Assembly (NCBI RefSeq): GCF_963506605.1
Contig: NC_083280.1
Location: 51,026,001 to 51,090,000, forward strand
Direction: 5' to 3'
DNA from: Zootoca vivipara
Lineage: Eukaryota
Length of the DNA: 64,000 nt
Shown here: positions 50,770-62,475 of the stretch, piece after piece
Layout of the letters: every line of letters begins with the position of its first letter
How positions within the stretch are numbered: the first letter of the stretch is position 1
The notes under the pieces: generated by a model
What the model saw: only the letters and a program-made list of their open reading frames with translations
What the model was told of the DNA's origin: nothing
Database searches by the model: none
Translations under genes and position numbers: made by a program

Positions 50770-52487
50770 TCCAAGCTCTGACTAGCTCCGCCCACAGCTA
50801 ATCACCTGAACTTCCTGACTCACACTTCTAGGTGAAAGGTCACAGCCAGAAACAAACAAGGTCACAGCCAGAAACAAACACCCACACAAGCCTGGACAGT
50901 CACCCAAATCCAAGAGGCAGCAGCCCTAGAAAACCAGCACAAGCACACAAACAAGTAAGAAAACAAATAAGCACACAAACTTACTCACACACAGCCCCAA
51001 AAGACAAAACCACAAAACCTACAGAGTGTCTCCCAAGCTCAGCTCACCTTCTGCTCCTTCCTCAGTCACTGCACTCCAAGCTCTGACTAGCTCCGCCCAC
51101 AGCTAATCACCTGAACTTCCTGACTCACACTTCTAGGTGAAAGGTCACAGCCAGAAACAAACAAGGTCACAGCCAGAAACAAACACCCACACAAGCCTGG
51201 ACAGTCACCCAAATCCAAGAGGCAGCAGCCCTAGAAAACCAGCACAAGCACACAAACAAGTAAGAAAACAAATAAGCACACAAACTTACTCACACACAGC
51301 CCCAAAAGACAAAACCACAAAACCTACAGAGTGTCTCCCAAGCTCAGCTCACCTTCTGCTCCTTCCTCAGTCACTGCACTCCAAGCTCTGACTAGCTCCG
51401 CCCACAGCTAATCACCTGAACTTCCTGACTCACACTTCTAGGTGAAAGGTCACAGCCAGAAACAAACAAGGTCACAGCCAGAAACAAACACCCACACAAG
51501 CCTGGACAGTCACCCAAATCCAAGAGGCAGCAGCCCTAGAAAACCAGCACAAGCACACAAACAAGTAAGAAAACAAATAAGCACACAAACTTACTCACAC
51601 ACAGCCCCAAAAGACAAAACCACAAAACCTACAGAGTGTCTCCCAAGCTCAGCTCACCTTCTGCTCCTTCCTCAGTCACTGCACTCCAAGCTCTGACTAG
51701 CTCCGCCCACAGCTAATCACCTGAACTTCCTGACTCACACTTCTAGGTGAAAGGTTACAGCCAGAAACAAACAAGGTCACAGCCAGAAACAAACACCCAC
51801 ACAAGCCTGGACAGTCACCCAAATCCAAGAGGCAGCAGCCCTAGAAAACCAGCACAAGCACACAAACAAGTAAGAAAACAAATAAGCACACAAACTTACT
51901 CACACACAGCCCCAAAAGACAAAACCACAAAACCTACAGAGTGTCTCCCAAGCTCAGCTCACCTTCTGCTCCTTCCTCAGTCACTGCACTCCAAGCTCTG
52001 ACTAGCTCCGCCCACAGCTAATCACCTGAACTTCCTGACTCACACTTCTAGGTGAAAGGTCACAGCCAGAAACAAACAAGGTCACAGCCAGAAACAAACA
52101 CCCACACAAGCCTGGACAGTCACCCAAATCCAAGAGGCAGCAGCCCTAGAAAACCAGCACAAGCACACAAACAAGTAAGAAAACAAATAAGCACACAAAC
52201 TTACTCACACACAGCCCCAAAAGACAAAACCACAAAACCTACAGAGTGTCTCCCAAGCTCAGCTCACCTTCTGCTCCTTCCTCAGTCACTGCACTCCAAG
52301 CTCTGACTAGCTCCGCCCACAGCTAATCACCTGAACTTCCTGACTCACACTTCTAGGTGAAAGGTCACAGCCAGAAACAAACAAGGTCACAGCCAGAAAC
52401 AAACACCCACACAAGCCTGGACAGTCACCCAAATCCAAGAGGCAGCAGCCCTTCTGCTCCTTCCTCAGTCACTGCACTCCAAGCTCT
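50770..52487 (-). repeat. Tandem array in the CR1 5' UTR: five 305-bp units plus one 183-bp internally deleted unit
   Basis: Period 305 (50770, 51075, 51380, 51685, 51990, 52295). The only substitution noticed is C>T at 51756. The terminal unit lacks 122 nt. Confidence 0.97.
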
Positions 52488-52787
52488 TGAACAACTCAGA
52501 TATTTTTTTAATAGTCAGTTGAATTTCCCAGGGATCCCCAAATGGGTAATGGAAGCCACTCTAATTAGTTGTCTGAAATGGAACTGTTCTGTTTTACTCT
52601 GACATAGGCTTGCTGTCAGAGGGGCTCGAGGAGGATAATGGCTAATTTCCCTCTAGACTGAGACTATTGCTGGGTTATAGGTTTTTTGTGGTGTCCTTCC
52701 CTGGTTGCTTTTTTTTCTTTGCATTTTTTAAAAGCAGAATTCACCTAACACCCCTTGACAAGTAGTGCATGTATTTTGTACTCAGGT

Positions 52788-53216
52788 TGTGAGGGACAGG
52801 GGATATCACGAAGTCCCTCCCCTCCTGAGTTCAAGCCCATCCCCGAGCACAGGGGAAAGCAGAGAGAGTTCCGATTCCAGTGGGGAAGCAGGAAGTCGTG
52901 TCCGAGGCTCAGGCAAGGTAGAGGAGCCAGGGTCCCAGGTGGGACAGGAAGGGGCAAATAAGGGGGGGGAGACCCATCCCCCCAACTCCGGAATTACGCA
53001 GAAAGAGGAGGGGAAAGAGGATGGGTCTGCCAAAGCTTTTGTGTTGGAGAAAGACGCGCCAAAAGCCATTCGGAGGTTCTGAAACCGAATGACCACATCG
53101 CTCCGTGTAAATAGCAATGACTTCAGCACTGTAAATACGCAGCACCAATAAAAGAATAAAATGCAGAGCTGTGTAGCGTCGTTACTCTGAAGTAGCCTGC
53201 TCCGGCCACTGTGACA
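52788..53216 (+). mobile_element. Solo LTR, copy 2 (429 bp)
   Basis: TG..CA termini, AATAAA, 5-bp TSD caggt; colinear with 11202-11625. Confidence 0.88.
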
Positions 53217-53376
53217 CAGGTACACAGAAAGATTAGAATTAATCCAAAGGTCAAAGAGCTATTTTTCACAAGACATTTAAACCGGTGTGGCAAAATCAGC
53301 TTGGATGCTGCATGGAAGTAGAGACTTAAATGATGAGCAACTTTCTGGTTGGCAATCTTGACTTTGTATGAAAAAC

Positions 53377-53765
53377 AGAATCATAGAATTGTAGAGTTGG
53401 AAGGAATCCAGAGGGTCATCTAGTCCAGCCCCCTGCAATGCAGGAATCTCAGCTAAAGATCCATCACAGATGGCCATTCAACCTCTGCTTAAAGAACTCC
53501 AATGAAGGAGAGTCCACTACCTTCCAAGGGAGTCCATTCCACTGTCAAACAGATCTTACCATCAGAAAGTTCTTCCGGATGTTTAGTCGGAATCTCCTTT
53601 ATTGTAACTTGAATCCACTGCTTTGCATCCTAGCCTCCAGAGCGGGAGAAAATAAGCTTACTGTATCACACTGTTGACTCATGTGTAGCTTGTGGTCCAC
53701 CAAGACCCCTGGATCTTTTTCACATGTACTGCTGGCAAGCCAGGTGGGCCTATCTTATATTTGTG
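53377..53765 (-). mobile_element. Older CR1 3' fragment with an internal deletion
   Basis: agaatcatagaattgtag tail; homologous to 46660-46930, then jumps to sequence homologous to about 47265-47365. Confidence 0.82.
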
Positions 53766-54361
53766 AAGTATTAACTCGTTCTCAGGTGTACAGTTGAAGC
53801 AATACTGAAAGTCTGTGGAATCTCTTTGTAAAGCTCCTGAAAAAAAACCATTGATGTGTGGAAGACAAGCATTGTAAGCATGGCTTAGAAAAAGTATAAT
53901 GAATGTCATGTTTTTTAATTTTCTCTTTGTTTCTTACTCCATTACAGGTGGGATTTAATATCTGGAACAGTTGTAGGGAACCTGTGGTCCTTCAGATGTT
54001 GTTAAACTTCAACTCGCATAAGTCCTAACTGGCATGGCCAACAGTGAAGGCTCCTCTTTGGGGCAAAGTGGAATAGAGCCCATCCAAGATTCTGAGCCCC
54101 CGCCCCCAGACCTCCACATCTATAGTCTAGCTTTCTCCTGTCACCCACAGTCATTATTAACATATTTCCACTGATTGAGAGGCTTCCTAGATGCTTCTGC
54201 CCATCTCATCTGTCTAGCCAGTCAAAATAATACTACCAGCAAGTCCCATCTCTGAGTTCAGCAACTCTCTCCCATAGAATGCCTTGAGTAGGGCAGTGTG
54301 ATTCTGTGGGTGTAGATTGCCATTCTAAATCAAGGTTAGACATGTTTCAGTTTAGTTAGCC

Positions 54362-54497
54362 AATGTTTCTCAAACTTAGGTCTCCAGCTGCTGTTAGGCT
54401 ACATCTCCCATCATCCTTGACCGCTGGTCCTGCTAGCTATGGATGATGGGAGTTGTAGTCCAACAATAGCTGGGGACCCAACATTTGAAAAACACTG
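54362..54497. mobile_element. 136-bp hairpin hAT MITE with variant TIRs
   Basis: caatgtttctcaaa / tttgaaaaacactg; same core as the other 136-bp MITEs; TSD agttagcc/agttagac. Confidence 0.8.
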
Positions 54498-57186
54498 AGT
54501 TAGACGCTACGTTCTTACACAATTGCAATTCTTTTGTGTCCGCACCTTTGCAGGGTGGGAAAATGGGAAGAAAACCAGAACAAATTTGGCCCTTCCCATG
54601 TTCCCACCCATGTTACCTTATTGGCCCTGCCTACATAACCTTGGCTGCCCCCACCAGGTTCAGGGGCTATCAGCCACCACTAATGACCATCTGGAGAGGC
54701 ACAGGTTTCTCACTCCTAATCTAGAGCTATGGGAGTCTGTAGCTCAGTAGACAGGTTTGTGTGTCTCCCACAAGACCTTCAGGAAATAGATCCATGCTTA
54801 TGAAACAGGATTACTGTGGAAGGGGACACTTTTATGGTGCCTGTTATATATTTAATGGGAGTAACTGGTAAGAGTTAGTAATGCATTTGATGGCTTCCTC
54901 TAAAAAAAATTATGTTGCTTTGGGTAATTGCTAGCTTTTGGTATTCTTCTGGACACACTGCATATACAGGGAAGTTCACTTTTGCTAACCATTCTTAACA
55001 CAATCAGCTATTTGTTCTAATGGAAATCCTAATTGATGGCAAAGATGTATATTTTAGAAAGAGGCAGTTTTACTGATGCTTGGGCAAAGTAGTCTTTCCT
55101 GGAACCCATTAAACACCTGTAGTGTGCAAGTAATTATTGTAAATGATGATAAACAATTTCAAATTAGATCTGAGTTTCCATGAATGTATTTAAATAAATC
55201 TGCAGAATAGCTTTGCTGAACAAATTAAGATTTAAGGATACTTTATCTGGGTGACTTGCTGCTCTGTGGTATGTAAAGCTGAATTAGCCTTTCTCCCCCT
55301 CCTTATTGCACTCAGTGCTCTATTTTCAGCCCTGTTCAGCTGATGGTTAAATCTTCCCATAAGGAGTGAGATTTATGATCATGCTGCCTGCTGATAGTCT
55401 TTTACAAATGACAGCAGCTGACATGAAAGTTTTTTCTGTAGTGTTAGTTTGATGATGGTTCAATTTGTTCATACTAGTCATTGTCCATTGTTGCAGTCAT
55501 CAAGGGATAATACACATATGTGAACAAATCATGAAAGTACCATTATCCATTGGGTGTCTAGGAGGAATACTGATGCCATGACTTACAAACAAAAAGCATT
55601 CAGGCTGCGAACCTATACTGTACACATTTTCCTTGGAATAAGCATCATTTAAAAACACAGAAATAATTCTGAATAAACACGGATAGCTACTTGTCCAGCT
55701 ACTTTTATTGGTGCTGCTGTGATAAAGCAAACTGGAATCACTTTCATGTTGCTAACAATGGAGCTCATTGTAGGCACAGGCTTCTGGGTTTGAAAAGAAT
55801 GCTTCAGGAAAACCTGAAATTTTGTATAACAGGTGTAGGGTGATACAAGAGTTGTGAAGATCCCCCATGGTCCACTGATTTTTCAAAGCAAGGAGCAGCT
55901 AGTATGTTAAGTGAATGTTCCCTCTTGCTTAAAAATGTATGGCATGCCCTGCTGAATCACATCAAATTCTACTTAGGCAAGCATCCTTTGCAAAATACAT
56001 GGTACTAAGTGGTCCACCAGAAGTTGGCCAATGTCCTATTCATGGACCGCAACCTATCTTGACTCTGCTTTGGAGACATGAAACTTTTGTACATGTAAGG
56101 TTCCAAAAGCTATAGAACACATTATAATTGCCACAAAAATATCTCCAAAAACATCCTTCCTATAGCAATTCATTTTTTGCTCTGTCAGTAGTGTTGAGAG
56201 ATTTGGAATTCACATCCTTCAGTAAATGTATTTTCATTCACTGGAAGGGCAAGATACAAATTTATTAAACAGATTAACAGAGATTCTGTTAACACAGAGA
56301 AAGAGAAAGACACCATGCAGATGCATTAGCAAACCATAGCTTTCTCTTACCCGTACAAACAGCAGCAAACTTTGAGTTTGTGTATGTGAAGAGAGTATGT
56401 GAAGACAGTAGATTAGAATATTTCCACATTAGGGTAGCAACAACAATAACTTGCCATTGTATCTGAATGTGCACAGAACGAGTTTACACCATGAAAGATC
56501 CCTAAAACGAGATATCTAGAATTAAAGTGAAAAATAATGAAGCTAAGCTAACTAATGTATAACCATAATTAAATACTCAAAGAAAATAACTAAATAACTC
56601 AAAGAAACCTTTAAATATCTCAAAGAAACCTTAACAAGTTGCCGGCTAAAAATCTCGTTTCACTGTAAATGATCTATCAGTTTCCTCAGATGGGAAAAGA
56701 AACTTATTACATTCATAAAGACTCAAGGTCACTTCTCAACGATTCAAAATTTGGGGGGGGGGGTTTATGAACCTTAAGGAAAACTGAAATCTCCCAGGCA
56801 GTAAGGGGTAAATTACCCAAAATTAAAAGTCCAGTTTTGCTTAAATCAAAAGGTAAAAAACCTATAAGAAGATTCAAAGCCAAGCTATCATAGCTTGTGG
56901 AGAAGATTCAGCAAAGGGCTATGTAAGCTCTCATAGTCTCATTGGTACAAAGCTATTGCAAGGACTGCTCATTGTATCTGAATGTGGCAGCTTATGGTTT
57001 GTTGCTCATAAGCCAGGATCTCAGAACTAAAGTCAGGATCCTAATTTGTCATTAAATAAGGATCAATAATTCAGAACTTATTACTTCCCCCTCATACAGG
57101 AGAAGGGAGGTTCACTTCCACTAATGCATGTCGTGGAAAACCATGTTTTGTTGCATCTCAATGTAATTTTTTGTATCATGAATTTT

Positions 57187-57585
57187 TGGCATTCATCTGT
57201 CTTGAGAGACAATGGAGTGTGCCTCCAGGAGTGAAGTCAAACCCTTGCATTAGCAGCACTGAAGTGACCCCCCTGAGGTGCAAACCTGGGCAGTGTGTAT
57301 GGAGGTTCTGGGCTGCCCAGACGACAAGACACGCCTCTTGGACTCTCTGATGTGGTACAGAAAGCAGAGCAATATGTTTGGTAACAGCTTGGCTGCAGAA
57401 GTTGCCAGAAGGAAATGTACAAGACGCCATTCAACCATCTTAGGGACTCCACTCCAAGTTTGTGTAGGGCTTTACTCCATAGCCTTTTCTTCTCCTGAGA
57501 TTTCCTGCAAATCAGCAGAGGTTTAGGATCAGAGTTTTTCCTCTCCTAGATGTGCTACCTTACCAGGTTGATGAGCCCCATCTGC
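57187..57585 (-). mobile_element. RTE-derived non-autonomous retroelement (related pieces near 36365-36445 and 37095-37235)
   Basis: The minus strand starts with an RTE 5'-UTR-like gggctcatcaacctggtaaggtagcacatctaggagaggaaaaactctg and ends with an RTE-tail-like ccattgtctctcaagacagatg..gcc. Family assignment is from memory. Confidence 0.5.
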
Positions 57586-58356
57586 CACTGTCATGGATTA
57601 TACACCAAGGAATAAGTGTATTGGATAGATCCAGGTCTAGTTCTTGCACTGTTGCAATTTTAGCATGCAGCTGTAGTGCTAAAAATCTAGTAAGAGTTTA
57701 TCTGTTTAATAGTATAAATAATAAAAACCTTGCTAATAGTATAAATTAAAGTGTTCAGCTTCATATTATCCTCACACAGTTGCTGTGCTCAAGCTTTCCA
57801 ATGTCCTATGGATATGAACATCTTGGACCCAGTGCAATTATCTGCAAATTTTCCTGTTAAATATTAAGGACTCTTGCCTGCCTCACTGGAAGTCAGGTCA
57901 CCCTGTGAGTTAATCTAGTCACAAAGTAGAGGTGGATATACAGGGTCAAATGATCCAGCTACACTTGTAGTTCTTCAGCAGTGACAGAACAATTACAGCA
58001 TCTTGCAGTAAAAGAAATTTAGTGCAGTGTTAGTACAAAGTCAGCTTTTTCTCTCCAGAGAAAAATTATTCTAGAAGAGAATTGTAATGTTTCTTGGTAT
58101 TAAGACATCATGTTGACTATTCGTTAAATTTAAATTTGCTCTGTTGTCTATACTTGCTCTTGGCTTTAAGGTTTTACTCTTTGGGTTTGACTTTCTGGAT
58201 GCTTCAATTTTCATTATCTAATCTTCATTTTAAAAAAATACTTTAATGGTGTTATTGAGATGGAATGATTTCTGTAGTCTCCCTTTTCGTATCTTATGTA
58301 GAGAGGGGTTTTTATTTTGAGTTTGTGTTACAGTATCTTGGATAAGAGAGTAGATG

Positions 58357-59196
58357 AATAATTATTATTTATTTATTTATACCCCGCCCATCTGGCTGGG
58401 TTTCCCCAGCCACTCTGGGCGGCTTCCAACCGAATATTAAAAACAGTACAGCATCAAACATAAAAAACTTCCCTAAACAGGGCTGTCTTCAGTTGTCTTC
58501 TGTAAAAGTAAAATAGTTGCTTATTGCCTTGACATCTGCTGGGAGGGCGTTCCACAGGGCGGGTGCCACTACCGAGAAGACCCTGTCTGGTTCCCTGTAA
58601 CCTCACTTCTCGCAATGAGAGAACTGCCAGAAGGCCCTTGGTGCTGGATCTCAGTGTCCGGGCTGAATGATGGGTGTGGAGACGCTCCTTCAGGTATACA
58701 GGACCGAGGCTGTTTAGGGCTTTAAAGGTCAGTACCAACACTTTGAATTGTGCTTGGAAACATACTGGGAGCCAGTGTAGATCTCTCAGGACCGGTGTTA
58801 TGTGGTCCCGGTGGCCACTCCCAGTCACTAGTCTAGCTACCGCATTCTGGGTTAATTGCAGTTTCCGGGTCACCTTCAAAGGTAGCCCCACGTAGAGTGC
58901 ATTGCAGTAGTCCAAGCAGGAGATAACCAGAGCATACACCACTCTGGCGAGACAGTCTGCAGGCAGGTAGGGTCTCAGCCTGCGTACCAGATGGAGCTGG
59001 TAGACAGCCGCCCTGGACACAGAATTAACCTGTGCCTCCATGGACAGCTGTGAGTCCAAAATGACTCCCAGGCTGCACACCTGGTCCTTCAGGGGCACAG
59101 TTACCCCATTCAGAACCAGGGAGTCCTCCACACCTGCCTGCCTCCTGTCCCCCACAAACAGTACTTTTGTCTTGTCAGGATTCAACCTCAATCCTG
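58357..59196 (-). mobile_element. L2-clade LINE 3' fragment
   Basis: ORF 58454-59218 has LRLNPDKTKVL, LDYCNALYVGLP and HITPVLRDLHWLPV; same family as 33405-34455. Confidence 0.9.
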
Positions 59197-61600
59197 TTGT
59201 TATAATAATATAACACACTTATTATTTAGGAGTAAATGGTATTTTTGTGGGATAAATAAATCATCCTGAAATTATATACTTTGTCCATAATCACTTGCTT
59301 ACATAGTGTAGATGGAGGATAATCTAACATCACATGTGAGCTTATCATTTTCTGAGAATTTTTAGCTATGCCGGATTCCCAAACTCATTTGGTTAATTGG
59401 TGCTGCTCAGAAATACTTTCTAAGCAGCTGTACTACATAGTCCAGGAGAGCCCCCCCCCCCCAATATACCTTGCAATGTTGAGAGGCAACTCTTGGATCT
59501 CTCTCTTTTTAATCATTAGCATCCCTAAAATAATGCTGATCCCAGGGAACAGTCTGGGTTGCTTTAGCAGTTGCGGACAGCTGGTTAATTTTCCTCATTA
59601 ACTGTGGCTTGTTTCTTACTTGCTAGTGACTGAGATCTTGTGTTCATAAAATCTAAGGTCACACCTGATTATGTTCAATGCAACCCAGAGTAAGATTATG
59701 GTGGAAGTATGTGAAATTCTGTACCATGACTAGGTAATCTAATAGTTTTCTGCACTCTGATTCTATGATTCCTTGCAGGAACTCTGAGCACATGGAGTTC
59801 TTGTGTCTTCAAGGTCCTCTCCATTCAGTGATGGTTGATGTTTTCTTCAAAGAAGCTCAGGGCTTCCTAACTGAAGGCTATCAGCTTTTTTCCTCACAAC
59901 AACCCCATGGGGTACATTAGGTTCAGTGAGATAGTGATTGGTCCAAGGTTGCCTAGGGAGCTTCACCAGTGATTGAGGATTGGCATCCAAGTGTCCCTAG
60001 TTCAAGTTCAGCATACTATCTACTATACTAGATTCTGTGGAAGGGACAGATAGATGGGAAGTGTGTATGCATGAATTTTTTCCATCTTCAGACTTGAATT
60101 ATATCTAAACATCCCTCTTAATTCTGTGGTTTAAATATGCTTACTTAGACATCAGAGCAGCATTTTGTCTATTCATTAACCAATGCATTCTGGGAAATCT
60201 TTTTTACTATCTTATTTACTTCAAATATGCTTGTCCTGGCTTTCCCCGTTTACTGCATGGGAACTGCATGTTTAGCAGCACAAAGGACTATCTTAGCATA
60301 CCTCATCTTGCATAAGGGTTTGGTTCCAAGGGTTATATGTATACGTACATGGAAAGCAGATACACTGTATAACAAACTCCTGAAGCCTCCTACAAGGCTA
60401 GCCAGCCTGACCTATAAGGTAGCTGATAAGGGAGAGAGCATCCCCAGTGCTCCCAGTGGGCCTTGCTCAGCAAGGAAGGCTGAGAGCTAAAAGCTTTTCA
60501 TGCCAGGTCTGCTTGGGGTTACCCAATGCAAAAAGAGGTTTTAAGTTCTTGGCCTTGACTCTTGGGCAGAGCCTGCTCAGCACACCAACTCTGGGAGTGT
60601 TAGGGATGCTTTTGCAAGATCTTGCAGAACAATCTGACTTCCTGGGAGATCTTGTGAGAATATCCTCACCACTGCTAGAGCCGGCACTTAGCAGGCCTTG
60701 CCTGGAAGCAAAGTAAGAGATCTTAAAAGCTTTATTCACACCACGTCTTCTTGAGGCTACCTTCATGCTACACTTGCAAGGATTTGGGGTGGAATGTGCA
60801 TGCCCAGCAGCAGAACCAGCACATCAAGTTCCATCCCTCTACCTGCTTTGGTTTTCATGTATCCAACCGAATGCCTGGGCTACTACACTTGTGTACATAA
60901 ATGTGCGCACACACATATAATACACACATGTGCATATACTTACTAAAATTGTGATGCAAAATCTTTTTGTGTGTCTTGATTCTAAATATGTCGTAAGCTT
61001 TTGTAAAAACTGTAAAAACAACAACAACAAACAGGCAAATGTGGCAAGCAGTGCTCAGTTTGACTGAAAGCTCTGTGCCTCAGTTTCAATTTAGAGCTAA
61101 TATTCTTCCACTTTTCCTTGTCTGTATTGCTGCCTGTGCTGTTTCCTTTTCTCTTTCCAGAGGTGATAGCATTCACAAAGGGAACTGAAGTCATCTCCAT
61201 CTCTCTTTCTTTCTCTCAGTTTTTTCTTTTTTATAATCTGATTTTATAGCATTGTGCAATCCTTCTTGATGACAGGCTCACCAAAGCTGATTGAGTGCAT
61301 TCCTGTTTTATATCTACCCTTGATTTCACTAAAATATTCTAACATTTAGTATTCTTTCATGGTTGTGACTTACACTTTTTATAATATCCAATTAGTTTAC
61401 TTCTGTTTTTATGAGTACTCTAAATCAGAATGGGAATGTGCATGTACAGGAATAGATTTGTTCATCTCCATAATTGTTCCTTTTTCTGAATTGTCTAGCT
61501 TGGTGGCATGGTATAAACTCAAGATGCTGGTGGTATTTTTCATTAAACCTCTGTTGCCCTCCACTCTCTGTTTCACACTAATTATTTTCTTCCCTTACAG

Positions 61601-61682
61601 AAATACACAGCTGTTGGGGAATTGGGAAAGGCAACTGACACATTTGATTCTACAGGCAAAGTAACAGAAGAAAAACCTTACG
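61601..61682 (+). CDS. TRUB1: TRUB1 exon 4 (gene continues beyond the window)
   Basis: tacag|AAA..G|gtaaa. [27 protein letters not shown]. Confidence 0.93.
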
Positions 61683-62475
61683 GTAAAGAATCACGTAATG
61701 TGTTCTGTTCTGACTGTTTGACTGCAGTGCTTTGTTTAGATTGCAGCAAAGATGGTGTCAGGCTCAGGTTTGTAGCTTATTTTTAAAGGAGTTATGTTAG
61801 TCTAGCTGACAGATTAAATGGTTTGCAACATCTTGGAAAAGGGGATTCTTTGTCAGCTTTTAAGATGACGTCTGAGAAACTAAACTCAACACTTGAAGGT
61901 CATATAAATCCATAGACCCCTAGTTACTGAGCCCATCACCATAATTAATCAGCAGGCATTTAGGAACTAACTCTCTGCATATGTTAGACTCCAGCTCCCA
62001 ATATGCCTGACTGTTGGCTATACTTAATAGGTCTAATGGGAGATGTGGCCCTCCAGATGTTGAACTCCCCAGTTTCCCATCCCTGGCTTAAATGGGCAGT
62101 TGGTGGGAGTGGCACTACTCTCTAGCTGCTTAGTTTCCATTTCAGCTTGGTCCGTTTCCAGAAACCACCAGTGGATTGTGATTGATATTGCTTCTTTTTT
62201 AGATCAGGAGTTGGAAGGACCCTAAGCTCACTGATAGAGTGCATGCAAAGGCTCAGTCCCTGGCATCTGAGCTAGGGTCTGAAGCTGTGGAGAGCCAATT
62301 CCAGTTAGCATGAACAAGAGTGATCTGGATGGTTTAGTGCTCTGACTCAGTAGAAGTGAGCTTTCCATATTTCCTACCTCTGTCTCCACATGCATGTGGT
62401 AGGGATGTAATGGGCATTTGTGCTTTTAAAAGGTGGTATGTTGTGTGCAGGTTTCCCTTGACTAAACTTTCAGAG

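Larger units (their letters stand above)
46633..52487 (-). mobile_element. Full-length, apparently intact CR1 LINE with a tandem-repeat 5' UTR, antisense in TRUB1 intron 3
   Basis: (attctatg)4 tail at 46633-46667, intact ORF2 and ORF1, and a 1.8-kb 5' UTR. Possible 4-bp TSD tctt (46629-46632, 52485-52488). Confidence 0.96.

Noticed and set aside
50770-52487. CRISPR-like array or host satellite
   Set aside because: There are no unique spacers, and the array is continuous with the CR1 leader and ends at the element boundary.
50832-52602. Six repeated 81-84-aa ORFs on the + strand
   Set aside because: They start at GTG, are low-complexity, lie antisense to the CR1 leader and recur only because the 305-bp unit repeats; there is no evidence of coding.
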